Shown here piece by piece: positions 10,840-19,291 of a DNA stretch of 64,000 nt. Under the pieces are notes generated by a model. It ran no database searches and was not told where the DNA came from. It saw nothing but the letters and a program-made list of their open reading frames with translations. Numbering within the stretch: position 1 is the stretch's first letter; each line of letters opens with the position of its first letter. The position numbers and the translations under genes were made by a program. This DNA is from Anaerohalosphaeraceae bacterium (lineage in GTDB: Bacteria > Planctomycetota > Phycisphaerae > Sedimentisphaerales > Anaerohalosphaeraceae): positions 320,001-384,000 of the forward strand of contig CAXXSL010000011.1 of NCBI GenBank assembly GCA_963675525.2, read 5' to 3'.

Positions 10840-10873
10840 CTGATAACTGATTACTGGTAACTGTAACTGATAA
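10840..10873 (+). repeat. Short heptamer tandem repeat (CTGATAA-like, about 5 units)
   Basis: ctgataa ctgatta ctggtaa ctgtaa ctgataa, immediately before the AAGGAG RBS of the next gene. Confidence 0.6.
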
Positions 10874-10884
10874 GGAGCAAGCGA

Positions 10885-11355
10885 ATGCAGGACGATCCGA
10901 AACTGTTGGCAAATGAATCAATGCAGTTGGAATACAATACCGCAACCCTGTACAAAATCTTTCGTGAAATTTGCCCTGAAGATGCCGGGTTCTGGAGCCA
11001 ACTGGTTTCAGAGGAGCTCAATCATGCAGCCCTTATCAAAAGTGGCATCGAATTTTTTATGACTCAGGGACTTTTCCCCTATGAAATGCTCGTCAACAAC
11101 CTTGACATACTGCGGGAGATCAACCGGGAATTGACCGGACTGATCAAACAGTATAATATCAAACTCCCATCCAGAGAAACGGCGTTTGCGACGGCCCTGG
11201 AGATCGAATCCTCCGCGAGCGAGACCCACTTCCAGAACATGATGTCAAACCCGGAGGCTCCCAAAATGGTCCAACTGTTCCAAAAACTCAACAACGATGA
11301 TAAGGATCACGCCGAACGCATCCGGGCCTACATGAAAGAAAAAGGCATCAAATAA
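10885..11355 (+). CDS. Ferritin-like (rubrerythrin-family) di-iron protein
   Basis: EELNH and DDKDH ExxH-type pairs; ALEIE helix; AAGGAG RBS. Confidence 0.7.
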   Translation: MQDDPKLLANESMQLEYNTATLYKIFREICPEDAGFWSQLVSEELNHAALIKSGIEFFMTQGLFPYEMLVNNLDILREINRELTGLIKQYNIKLPSRETAFATALEIESSASETHFQNMMSNPEAPKMVQLFQKLNNDDKDHAERIRAYMKEKGIK

Positions 11356-11396
11356 GCAAAACCAAAAGCCCGAAACGTACCTGTGCGTCATCCCAT

Positions 11397-11423
11397 GTCA
11401 TTCCCGCACAGGCGAGAATCCAG
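11397..11423 (+). repeat. REP/dRS3-like palindromic element
   Basis: GTCATTCCCGCACAGGCGAGAATCCAG fits ATTCCC-N8-GGGAAT with one mismatch; lies between convergent genes. Confidence 0.55.
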
Positions 11424-11498
11424 TTGTAATTGTATTTCTCTACAAGACAAGTCGTAGCCTGCGTAATCTGTGCTCAAAAGCAGTCCAATTCGCGCAGC

Positions 11499-11531
11499 AA
11501 AACAGGCCGGCGCATCAACACCGCCGGCCTG
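11499..11531 (-). terminator. Terminator of the hydrogenase/response-regulator operon
   Basis: Perfect 10-bp stem CAGGCCGGCG/CGCCGGCCTG followed by TTTT on the minus strand. Confidence 0.7.
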
Positions 11532-11563
11532 CGGGTGTGTCATCGATCAGACAGCCGCGGCAC

Positions 11564-11947
11564 CTACGCCAACGCGTCGGCGACAGCGTTCAGCAGCGTT
11601 TCCGGCTTGACCGGTTTCTCAAGGATCTGCTTGACCGGCAGCCAGGTCTCGTCCGGCTCGAACCCGAACGGCAGGTTCATTTCCCTGCGGACGCCTGTGA
11701 CCATAATCACCGGGGTGCCCTTGACTTCGTCGATGCTTTGAAGCTCACGGGCTACATTGAACCCCTCATCGCGGGTCGTCATCATCACGTCCAACAGGAT
11801 CAGGTCGGGGTTTTGGGCTTTTGCCGCCGCAACACCGTCTTTTCCGTTGGAGGCTGAGGCCACTTCGTACCCGCGTGCCTCCAACAGGTTGACTATCGAT
11901 TCAACAAAATCGTTGTCGTCGTCAATAACCAGTATTTTATTCGCCAT
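11564..11947 (-). CDS. Single-domain response regulator (receiver only)
   Basis: ILVIDDD, DLILLDVMM (phospho-Asp), MVT, KP motifs. Confidence 0.9.
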   Translation of the reverse strand: MANKILVIDDDNDFVESIVNLLEARGYEVASASNGKDGVAAAKAQNPDLILLDVMMTTRDEGFNVARELQSIDEVKGTPVIMVTGVRREMNLPFGFEPDETWLPVKQILEKPVKPETLLNAVADALA

Positions 11948-12055
11948 CTTGTGTCTCCTTTGTTCAAAAATTAAAGTTTCGGATATTCTATGGACTTATA
12001 CAACATGTTTCAATGTCTTTTTGAATTTCACAATAACCGCAGCTGAAACGGCCGC

Positions 12056-12547
12056 TTATTTCACTGCCTTTCGATACTGATTCAAGAGGTCGATCGTTTT
12101 GTTCGAGTCCAGCTCGCCGTAAATCTTATCATCAATCATCACGACCGGGGCGATCCCGCAGGCCCCCAGACACCGTGCTTCCTGCAGAGTAAACAGTTTA
12201 TCTTCCGTGGTGCCGCCAACTTCAAGATTCAGATGTTTTTTGATCGCCTCCAGCACCTTGTCGGCACCTTTGACATAGCAGGCCGTGCCCATGCAAACGC
12301 TGACGACATGCTTTCCAATCGGCTTAAGGTTGAAGTAGTGATAAAACGTCGCCACCCCCCAGATATGAGCCGTCGGAATCTGCATTTTTTCGGCCACCTC
12401 ATCCATCATCTCCCGCGGCAGATAGCCAAAGATCGACTGTACTTTATGCAATACCGCGATCAGATAGGACTCTGCGTATTCTTTTTGGTTGACCTCGTCG
12501 ATAAACGTGCGAAGCTCGTCCATTTTATCCTGTGCTATTTCTATCAT
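12056..12547 (-). CDS. hydC: [FeFe]-hydrogenase HydC / NuoE-like [2Fe-2S] subunit
   Basis: GVATFY, VCMGTACYVKG, RCLGACGIAPV. Confidence 0.88.
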   Translation of the reverse strand: MIEIAQDKMDELRTFIDEVNQKEYAESYLIAVLHKVQSIFGYLPREMMDEVAEKMQIPTAHIWGVATFYHYFNLKPIGKHVVSVCMGTACYVKGADKVLEAIKKHLNLEVGGTTEDKLFTLQEARCLGACGIAPVVMIDDKIYGELDSNKTIDLLNQYRKAVK

Positions 12548-12562
12548 CGTTTAACTCCAGTT

Positions 12563-14332
12563 TTATAGTTGGGTTTTGGGAACGATCCCCACCGGGGTTT
12601 TCTTCTTGTAATGGGTATGCAGATACTTGTGTGAGACTTTGCTCAACGGGCTGTGCAGGAACTCTTTGTACAGCTTCTGGACGTCGGGGTTGTCGTGGCT
12701 CCGCCGGATGGTCTTGGCGCGATCCAGATCATAGAGCGCTTCGGCGCGTTTTTTCAGCGCCTCGTCATCCAGTGGAATAGTATTGACCTGTGCATAGGGC
12801 TGACCGCCGCCGCCGACACACCCGCCGGGACATCCCATGATCTCGATGAAGTGATATTTATCGGGATCGCGGCGTACCTCATCGAGTAGTTTGCAGGCGT
12901 TGCCCAGTCCGTGAGCCACCGCCACGCGGATCTCTTTGCCGTCGATATTGATCTTGCCTTCCTTGATGCCTTTGAGGCCGCGAATGGCTGCGACTTCGAT
13001 GTCCACCAGCGTTTCGCCCGTGTAGAGTTCATAGGCTGTCCGAATCGCTGCTTCCATCACGCCGCCGGTGGTGCCAAAAATCGCCCCGGCCCCGCTGGAA
13101 ACGCCCAGCGGATGGTCCGGCTCTTCCGGTTCGATACCAAGCAGATCGATACCGGCGGATTTAATCATCCATGCCGCCTCCCGCGTGGTAACGACGATGT
13201 CGGTACTTCGCATGCCATCGACTTCCAGTTCCGGCCGGGCCGCTTCGTATTTCTTGGCGGTACAGCACATCACGGCAACGCTTAAGATCTTCTTCGGATC
13301 GACATCGATCTTGTTTGCAAAATGGGATTTGGTGATCGCACTTTGCATCGACATCGGAGATTTGCATGTCGAAATGTTATCGATCAGGTCCGGGTAAAAC
13401 TGCTCCATACACTTCATCCAGGCGCTGGAACAGGATGTAATCATCGGGAGCGTTCCGCCATTCTGGAAACGCTCCAAAAATTCGCTGCCCTCTTCCATGA
13501 TCGTTAGGTCCGCGGCAAACTGCGTATCAAAGACATAATCAAACCCGAGCTTGCGAAGAGCTGCGACCAATTCGCCTTCCATATTGCGTCCTGGTTCAAG
13601 GCCAAAAGCCTCACCGATCGCCGCACGCACGGAGGGAGCGAACTGGGCCACCTTAATCAAGTCCGGGTCATTGAGCTTTTCGAACAGTTCCTGCGTGTAA
13701 TTCTTTTCGAGGAACGCTGCGGTGGGACAGACATTGATGCACTGTCCGCATGCGGTACAGACACTGTCGCCCATGGGCATGTTGTACGCCGGCATCACGA
13801 CAGTATTGAAACCGCGATGGGCCTGGGTCAGATTATGGACCTGCTGAATTTCAGAGCACATCCGGACGCAGCGTCCGCACAGGATACATTTGTCCGGGTC
13901 GCGAATGACCGCATCGCTGGACAGGTCCTTTTCGTAATGCTTTTTTTCGCCTTCAAAGTGGCGGTGGCGAATACCCATCGATGCCGCCAGCCTCTGCAAC
14001 TCGCAGTTTCCGTCACGCTCGCAGGTATGACAATCGAGTGGATGGTTATCGAGAATCAATTCGATTATATCCCGACGTGCCTTACGCAGTAATTGTGTAT
14101 TTGTGTGGATCTTCATGCCGTCGCTGACGGGAAACGCACAGGACGCCACATAGTTTCTTGCACCTTCGACTTCAACGATACACACGCGGCAAGCGCCCTC
14201 AATCGAAAGCTTGGGATGGTAGCAGAGTCTCGGGATATGAAAGCCCAATTTATCGGCTGCCTGCATGATCGTCTGTCCGAGATCAACCTGGTATTCTTTA
14301 TTATTAATATGAATTGTAATTTTATCAGTCAT
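12563..14332 (-). CDS. hydA: [FeFe]-hydrogenase catalytic subunit (group A3-like, multimeric)
   Basis: N-terminal 2Fe-2S (CYH...GACRVC), His-ligated cluster (HPLDCHTC...C), 2x[4Fe-4S] (CILCGRC, CTACGQC). H-cluster motifs TSCSSAW, MCCTAKKYE, EIMGCPGGCVGGGGQP. GAGG RBS before ATG 14332. Confidence 0.93.
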   Translation of the reverse strand: MTDKITIHINNKEYQVDLGQTIMQAADKLGFHIPRLCYHPKLSIEGACRVCIVEVEGARNYVASCAFPVSDGMKIHTNTQLLRKARRDIIELILDNHPLDCHTCERDGNCELQRLAASMGIRHRHFEGEKKHYEKDLSSDAVIRDPDKCILCGRCVRMCSEIQQVHNLTQAHRGFNTVVMPAYNMPMGDSVCTACGQCINVCPTAAFLEKNYTQELFEKLNDPDLIKVAQFAPSVRAAIGEAFGLEPGRNMEGELVAALRKLGFDYVFDTQFAADLTIMEEGSEFLERFQNGGTLPMITSCSSAWMKCMEQFYPDLIDNISTCKSPMSMQSAITKSHFANKIDVDPKKILSVAVMCCTAKKYEAARPELEVDGMRSTDIVVTTREAAWMIKSAGIDLLGIEPEEPDHPLGVSSGAGAIFGTTGGVMEAAIRTAYELYTGETLVDIEVAAIRGLKGIKEGKINIDGKEIRVAVAHGLGNACKLLDEVRRDPDKYHFIEIMGCPGGCVGGGGQPYAQVNTIPLDDEALKKRAEALYDLDRAKTIRRSHDNPDVQKLYKEFLHSPLSKVSHKYLHTHYKKKTPVGIVPKTQL

Positions 14333-14340
14333 TATTATCC

Positions 14341-16134
14341 TCACGCTTTTGTAATCGCATCGAATTTACATGCATCATAACATTGTCCGCACCGGATACA
14401 GACATCTTCGAGTATACGGTGTTTTTCTTTACGAGTGCCTTCAACGGCATTAACAGGGCAAACACGTTTGCAGGCACCGCAGCCGACACACTTGTCGTTG
14501 ACCACATAGCTCAACAGTGCAGCACATTGTCCGGCCCGGCATTTTTTCTCACGAATATGTTCTTCGTATTCTTCACGGAAGTTCTTAATCGTGCTCAGGA
14601 TCGGATTCGGAGCGGACTGTCCAAGACCGCACAGCGACGACTTCTGGATCATCCGTCCCAAACGCTGGAGCTTTTCGATATCGCCTTCTTTGCCATTGCC
14701 TTTGGTAATCCGCGTCAGGATTTCCAGCATGCGTTTGGTTCCTTCGCGGCACGGGGTACATTTGCCACAGGATTCGTCCTGTGTAAATTCAATGAAGAAG
14801 CGGGCCAGGCTGACCATACAGGAATCTTCATCAATAACGATCATGCCGCCGGAACCCATGATGGAACCGGCCTTGGCCAGCGATTCGTAATCGATCTGCG
14901 TATCGAGATACTCGGCGGGCAAACAGCCGCCACTGGGACCGCCGGTCTGAATGGCCTTGAACGGCTTATCATTGGGGATGCCGCCGCCGATGTCATAGAC
15001 GATTTTGCGAAGGGTGGTGCCCATCGGGACTTCGACCAGGCCGGTATTTCGAACCTTTCCGGCCAATGCGAACACTTTGGTGCCTTTACTGGTTTCGGTA
15101 CCGATTGCATTGAACCAATCTCCGCCGTCCAGAACGATAACAGGAATATTGGCCCACGTTTCTACATTGTTGATCAGCGTCGGCTTGCCGAATAATCCGC
15201 TGACCGACGGGTACGGCGGACGCGGACGCGGCATCCCGCGAGCACCTTCGATCGAACGGATAAGGGCCGTTTCTTCGCCGCACACAAATGCTCCGGCACC
15301 CAATCTAATTTCAATATCAAATGAGAAGTCAGAGTCGAGAATGTTGTCTCCGAGTAAGCCGTGTTCCCTGGCGGCGGCGATGGCTTTTTCAAGTCGCGCA
15401 ATCGCCAGCGGATACTCGGCCCGAATATAGATAATTCCTTTTCTGGAACCGATTGCGTAACCGGCAATGACCATGCCCTCCAGCACCGTATGTGGGTCAC
15501 CTTCAATGGCACTGCGATCCATAAACGCTCCGGGATCGCCCTCGTCAGCATTACAGATAACATATTTTTCGTCAGACTTTTGATTGGCGGTAAATTCCCA
15601 TTTCAAACCGGTAGGAAATCCGGCCCCGCCGCGGCCGCGAAGACCGCTTTTTTTCACCTCTGCGACCACGTCGGTCGGTTTCATTTCGGTTAACACTTTG
15701 GCCAACGCCTCATAGCCGCGAACCGACAGATAATCGTCGATGTTTTCCGGGTCGATGATGCCGCAATTTCGCAGGGTGATACGCATCTGCTTGCCGAAAA
15801 AATCCACATCACCAAAGATACGAAAGAACCGATTATAAAGATGGTCCTCCTGAATTACTTTTCCGGCAACCGGATTACCTTCCACCAGATGTGATTTGAT
15901 AATTGCCGGAATATCCTCCGGTTGCACCTGCCCGTACATGACATAGCCCGGATTGACAATCAAAATCGGCCCTTTTTTACACATCCCCAGACAACCGCTT
16001 AAATGAATACTCACCTGACCGCTGAGTCCCTGCTTTTCGATCTCGGATTCTATACTCTCTCTGATTTCCCTGGACCGATTATGAATGCAGGTGGGGCCAT
16101 CACATAATGTCAGCTTATATTTTTGATCATTCAC
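14341..16134 (-). CDS. hydB: [FeFe]-hydrogenase HydB / NuoF-like FMN/NAD subunit
   Basis: GLRGRGGAGFPTG, CNADEGDPGAFMDR, GAGAFVCGEETAL, ESCGKCTPCREG, C-terminal 2x[4Fe-4S]. GGAG RBS before GTG 16134. Confidence 0.92.
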   Translation of the reverse strand: MNDQKYKLTLCDGPTCIHNRSREIRESIESEIEKQGLSGQVSIHLSGCLGMCKKGPILIVNPGYVMYGQVQPEDIPAIIKSHLVEGNPVAGKVIQEDHLYNRFFRIFGDVDFFGKQMRITLRNCGIIDPENIDDYLSVRGYEALAKVLTEMKPTDVVAEVKKSGLRGRGGAGFPTGLKWEFTANQKSDEKYVICNADEGDPGAFMDRSAIEGDPHTVLEGMVIAGYAIGSRKGIIYIRAEYPLAIARLEKAIAAAREHGLLGDNILDSDFSFDIEIRLGAGAFVCGEETALIRSIEGARGMPRPRPPYPSVSGLFGKPTLINNVETWANIPVIVLDGGDWFNAIGTETSKGTKVFALAGKVRNTGLVEVPMGTTLRKIVYDIGGGIPNDKPFKAIQTGGPSGGCLPAEYLDTQIDYESLAKAGSIMGSGGMIVIDEDSCMVSLARFFIEFTQDESCGKCTPCREGTKRMLEILTRITKGNGKEGDIEKLQRLGRMIQKSSLCGLGQSAPNPILSTIKNFREEYEEHIREKKCRAGQCAALLSYVVNDKCVGCGACKRVCPVNAVEGTRKEKHRILEDVCIRCGQCYDACKFDAITKA

Positions 16135-16151
16135 GTGTTGTTCTCCCTTTC

Positions 16152-16505
16152 TCAGATCAACCACTCGGTGATTACCTCACCTTTTTTCAAATGCCGTTCA
16201 ATAATTTCGCGAGCCCTCTCGGACGTTACTTTACCGTACTTGACAGGGATTTTGCCTTCTTCGACAACTTCGACAGTCGGCTCAAGATTGCACCGACCGG
16301 CACATCCCTTCTGGCTGAGATACACATCCGTCAGGCCATTGGCAATCGCCTGGCGAAACTCAGCCATCACTTCTTTAGAGCCGGCAGCGATCTCACAGGT
16401 AGCCATTCCCACATACACGCGTTTGGTGGAAAGATAACCCTTACTGATAATGCGATTGACCGCCTGAGCACGCTTCTTTTTAATAATGTCTATCGGTGTC
16501 ACCAC
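16152..16505 (-). CDS. hydD: Thioredoxin-like ferredoxin-family subunit (HydD/HndB-like)
   Basis: VGMATCEIAAG...GCAGRCNLEPTVEV...YGKV; sits directly upstream of hydB. Confidence 0.78.
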   Translation of the reverse strand: MVTPIDIIKKKRAQAVNRIISKGYLSTKRVYVGMATCEIAAGSKEVMAEFRQAIANGLTDVYLSQKGCAGRCNLEPTVEVVEEGKIPVKYGKVTSERAREIIERHLKKGEVITEWLI

Positions 16506-16510
16506 TTTTG

Positions 16511-18352
16511 TTACTCCTTATGAATCGTAAAAATAAACAAATTTCCGTTTTCCTTCGCTTCGACGCGAATATTTCCCCCATGCGCTTCCACGATCTGCTT
16601 GGTGATATAGAGTCCCAAGCCGGTCCCTTTAACCAGTTTCTTTTCCGGCGTATCCAACCGGGAAAATTTCTTAAATAACTGACCGATCATCTCATCGGGG
16701 ATCGGCGTCGATTCGTTGTACACACCTATCGAGACAAAGCCGCCCTTGTCTTTTGCGGAAATGCAGATCTCACTGCCCGCCCGACCATACTTAATGGCGT
16801 TATTCACCAGATTGTTAGCAACAATCTGCATCAAATCCACATCAGCCTTAACCTTCAACTCCAGGTCGATCTGGTTTTTCACCTTCATCTGTTTTTGATT
16901 CAGCAATTTTGTAAAGGTTTGGACCGCATTATCAAATACTTCTTTACCAATGGCGAACTCTGTTATATTGATCTCCAGGTTCCCGCGTTCGATCCGGCTC
17001 AGATTCAAAAACTTTTTTACGGTTGCATCGAGGTAATCCAGATTTCGGCAGATGGAATCAACCGCTTTTTTCTGTTTAAAATTGATCATGCCTAAAAACC
17101 CGTCGCGAAGCGAATAGGCGTTGATGACCGCTGACGACAGCAGTCCTTTAAGCTCGTGTGCCACAAATCCCAGCAGATCCAAATAGCTTTTGTTGAGATC
17201 GGCCAGTTTTTCATTGCTCAGTCTGAGACTGGACTCTCGTTCTTTCAGACGAAAGGTCATGTTGTTAAATGACTCGGCCAGTTGATTTAGTTCCACAATC
17301 GAAGCGTTGGCCGGAACTTCAAGCTCCAGCTCACCGCCAGCCATTTTCTGCGTCGCCCCCAGGAGCTGCGTAATCGGCTTAAAAATAGCCTCGGTTAAAA
17401 CAATCGACAACACAAAAGCTAACAGCGACGCCAGCAGAATCACAGCTATAAAACCAAGCAGAATTCGAGCCGCCATTGCATTATAGGGACCCTCCAAAAT
17501 GCCAACGTAAAGGATGCCGATAATTTTTCCATCAATATTATAAATGGGCTCATAGGCGGTTTTATACCAATGGGTCACCACAAAAGCTCGATCCAACCAG
17601 CGTTTCCCCTTTTCCACCACCGCGTCATAAACCTCAGCGGAAACCTGCGTACCAATCGCCCGCTCATTCTGTTCATTCAGCACATTAGTCGATATTCGCA
17701 CATCTTCTTGGAAAATGGTCACGGTCCCGACAGGCTTATCTTTGTAAAGCTCATCGCCGAACACCAGCTTTCGAATTCGATCAACCAACAAATAATCCTG
17801 ATTGACGATTCTCCCCCCATACGCAATTTCACAGACATTGCCATCGGAGCCATCAATCGGCAATGCAAATTCCTTCGCCATGGCTGTTTCCAAGACAGCC
17901 ACGGCCGAATGTCTGGCTTTCGGGGTATCTGCAATCTTGATATGAGCGCGTTTCTGAATAGCTTCATTCATTCCGGCAAGCTCGCCTTGCCCAATGATTC
18001 GGGTCCCTCCCAGCGGTATCATTTTGCCTGCGGTGGCACGGACAATTTCACTGCTGCTTCGCCGAGCTTCTTCGAGAGAAACCCTATAAAAATAATCCAG
18101 TCGCAATTGTTCCTTTAAACTCTCAGAATCAACATTCAGGTCTGCGATTTCCAGTGACTCCCCGATCCGATTGATCTCTTCCTGATAGAATGTCCTCGCA
18201 CTGTCCAGAGAACGGACAACCCGGCTCTGGGCTCTCTCAAAAAGATCTTTTTTGATCACATAGAAACCCAGCCACAGGACGCTGGCACCCAACAGGACAA
18301 TAATCCCGGTAAAGGCCAAAAGAATACTTTGTTTTAGTGTTCTTGTTCTCAT
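16511..18352 (-). CDS. Membrane sensor histidine kinase (Cache-HAMP-HisKA-HATPase)
   Basis: Two TM helices; Cache motif TIFQEDVRISTNV...RAIGT; HAMP; AHELK; NLVNNAIKY; GTGLGL. Confidence 0.9.
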   Translation of the reverse strand: MRTRTLKQSILLAFTGIIVLLGASVLWLGFYVIKKDLFERAQSRVVRSLDSARTFYQEEINRIGESLEIADLNVDSESLKEQLRLDYFYRVSLEEARRSSSEIVRATAGKMIPLGGTRIIGQGELAGMNEAIQKRAHIKIADTPKARHSAVAVLETAMAKEFALPIDGSDGNVCEIAYGGRIVNQDYLLVDRIRKLVFGDELYKDKPVGTVTIFQEDVRISTNVLNEQNERAIGTQVSAEVYDAVVEKGKRWLDRAFVVTHWYKTAYEPIYNIDGKIIGILYVGILEGPYNAMAARILLGFIAVILLASLLAFVLSIVLTEAIFKPITQLLGATQKMAGGELELEVPANASIVELNQLAESFNNMTFRLKERESSLRLSNEKLADLNKSYLDLLGFVAHELKGLLSSAVINAYSLRDGFLGMINFKQKKAVDSICRNLDYLDATVKKFLNLSRIERGNLEINITEFAIGKEVFDNAVQTFTKLLNQKQMKVKNQIDLELKVKADVDLMQIVANNLVNNAIKYGRAGSEICISAKDKGGFVSIGVYNESTPIPDEMIGQLFKKFSRLDTPEKKLVKGTGLGLYITKQIVEAHGGNIRVEAKENGNLFIFTIHKE

Positions 18353-18370
18353 TCGGATGACCTCTAAGTG

Positions 18371-19000
18371 CTATGCTTCCGCTTTATCCTGAGCATTAAC
18401 AAAGTAGATGAGATTCTCCAATTCCACTTCTAGATTAATATTGCTGATAACAACATCATCGGCCGCGCGAAGCTGGATGGGCGCAAAATTTAAAATGCCC
18501 TTAATGCCCGCAGACGCCATGATTTCGGAGACGTGATGGGCGGCCACATCCGGCACTGCCAGGATACCGATTTTAACATTATGCTCCTGGACGAACTGGC
18601 GAAAATCATCCAGCGGCAGAACCGGTACTTCGAGTTGCTGAGAAAACCGGGCCGGGTCAATGTCAAATCCGGCAATGATCTTAATTCCGCCGGACTCGAA
18701 TCCTTTATATCGCAGCAAGGCCTTTCCAATATTACCGACGCCCACGATCACGACTTTCTGCAGTTCGTTTTTGCCCAGAATTTCACGAATCCGAAAAATC
18801 AATTCATCAACTTTGTAGCCGCCGCGACGGTTCCCCGTAATGCCGAAGAGGGAAAAATCCTTTCGAACCTGTGAAGATGTTACACCTGCAGCATCCGCAA
18901 GATTGCCCGAAAAAACTTTCACAAAACCCAATGCCTTGAGCCTTTTCAGAGCATTCTTGTACCTTGATAAACGAATAATACATTTTCTATTCATAATCAT
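18371..19000 (-). CDS. rex: Redox-sensing transcriptional repressor Rex
   Basis: RLSRY, SQVRKDFSLFG...GY, GVGNIGKAL, GILNFAP. Confidence 0.93.
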   Translation of the reverse strand: MIMNRKCIIRLSRYKNALKRLKALGFVKVFSGNLADAAGVTSSQVRKDFSLFGITGNRRGGYKVDELIFRIREILGKNELQKVVIVGVGNIGKALLRYKGFESGGIKIIAGFDIDPARFSQQLEVPVLPLDDFRQFVQEHNVKIGILAVPDVAAHHVSEIMASAGIKGILNFAPIQLRAADDVVISNINLEVELENLIYFVNAQDKAEA

Positions 19001-19093
19001 AAGCAAGACCTACATTTAAATGGTCATTCCGTTAATATCACAATAAGATTACGCTGTATGTATTACATCTCATTATGACACATTATGAGCGAA

Positions 19094-19121
19094 ATTATAG
19101 CAATTCAAACAGAAATGTCAA
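19094..19121 (-). promoter_or_regulatory. Sigma70 promoter of the rex-HK-hyd operon
   Basis: Minus strand TTGACA-N16-TATAAT with a TGn extension. Confidence 0.75.
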
Positions 19122-19127
19122 TATTTA

Positions 19128-19145
19128 TTGTGTATTTTTTCACAT
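19128..19145. promoter_or_regulatory. Rex operator
   Basis: TTGTGTATTTTTTCACAT matches TTGTGAA-W4-TTCACAA at 16/18; adjacent to the rex -35 box. Confidence 0.7.
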
Positions 19146-19291
19146 TATTTAGGAAATAAGAACATTTAACAGCCGCATTATTTTTTGTATCGCGCAAAAT
19201 AAAAAGGTTGAGAGCGTTTATTCCCAATATCATAAGTGTATTTATTGTAAGTATTTATTGAAATATGGGTGGATACAAGCTACTGACTTTG

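Noticed and set aside
12016..12033. Second Rex operator upstream of the response regulator
   Set aside because: Only the TTCACAA half-site matches; the left arm is poor.
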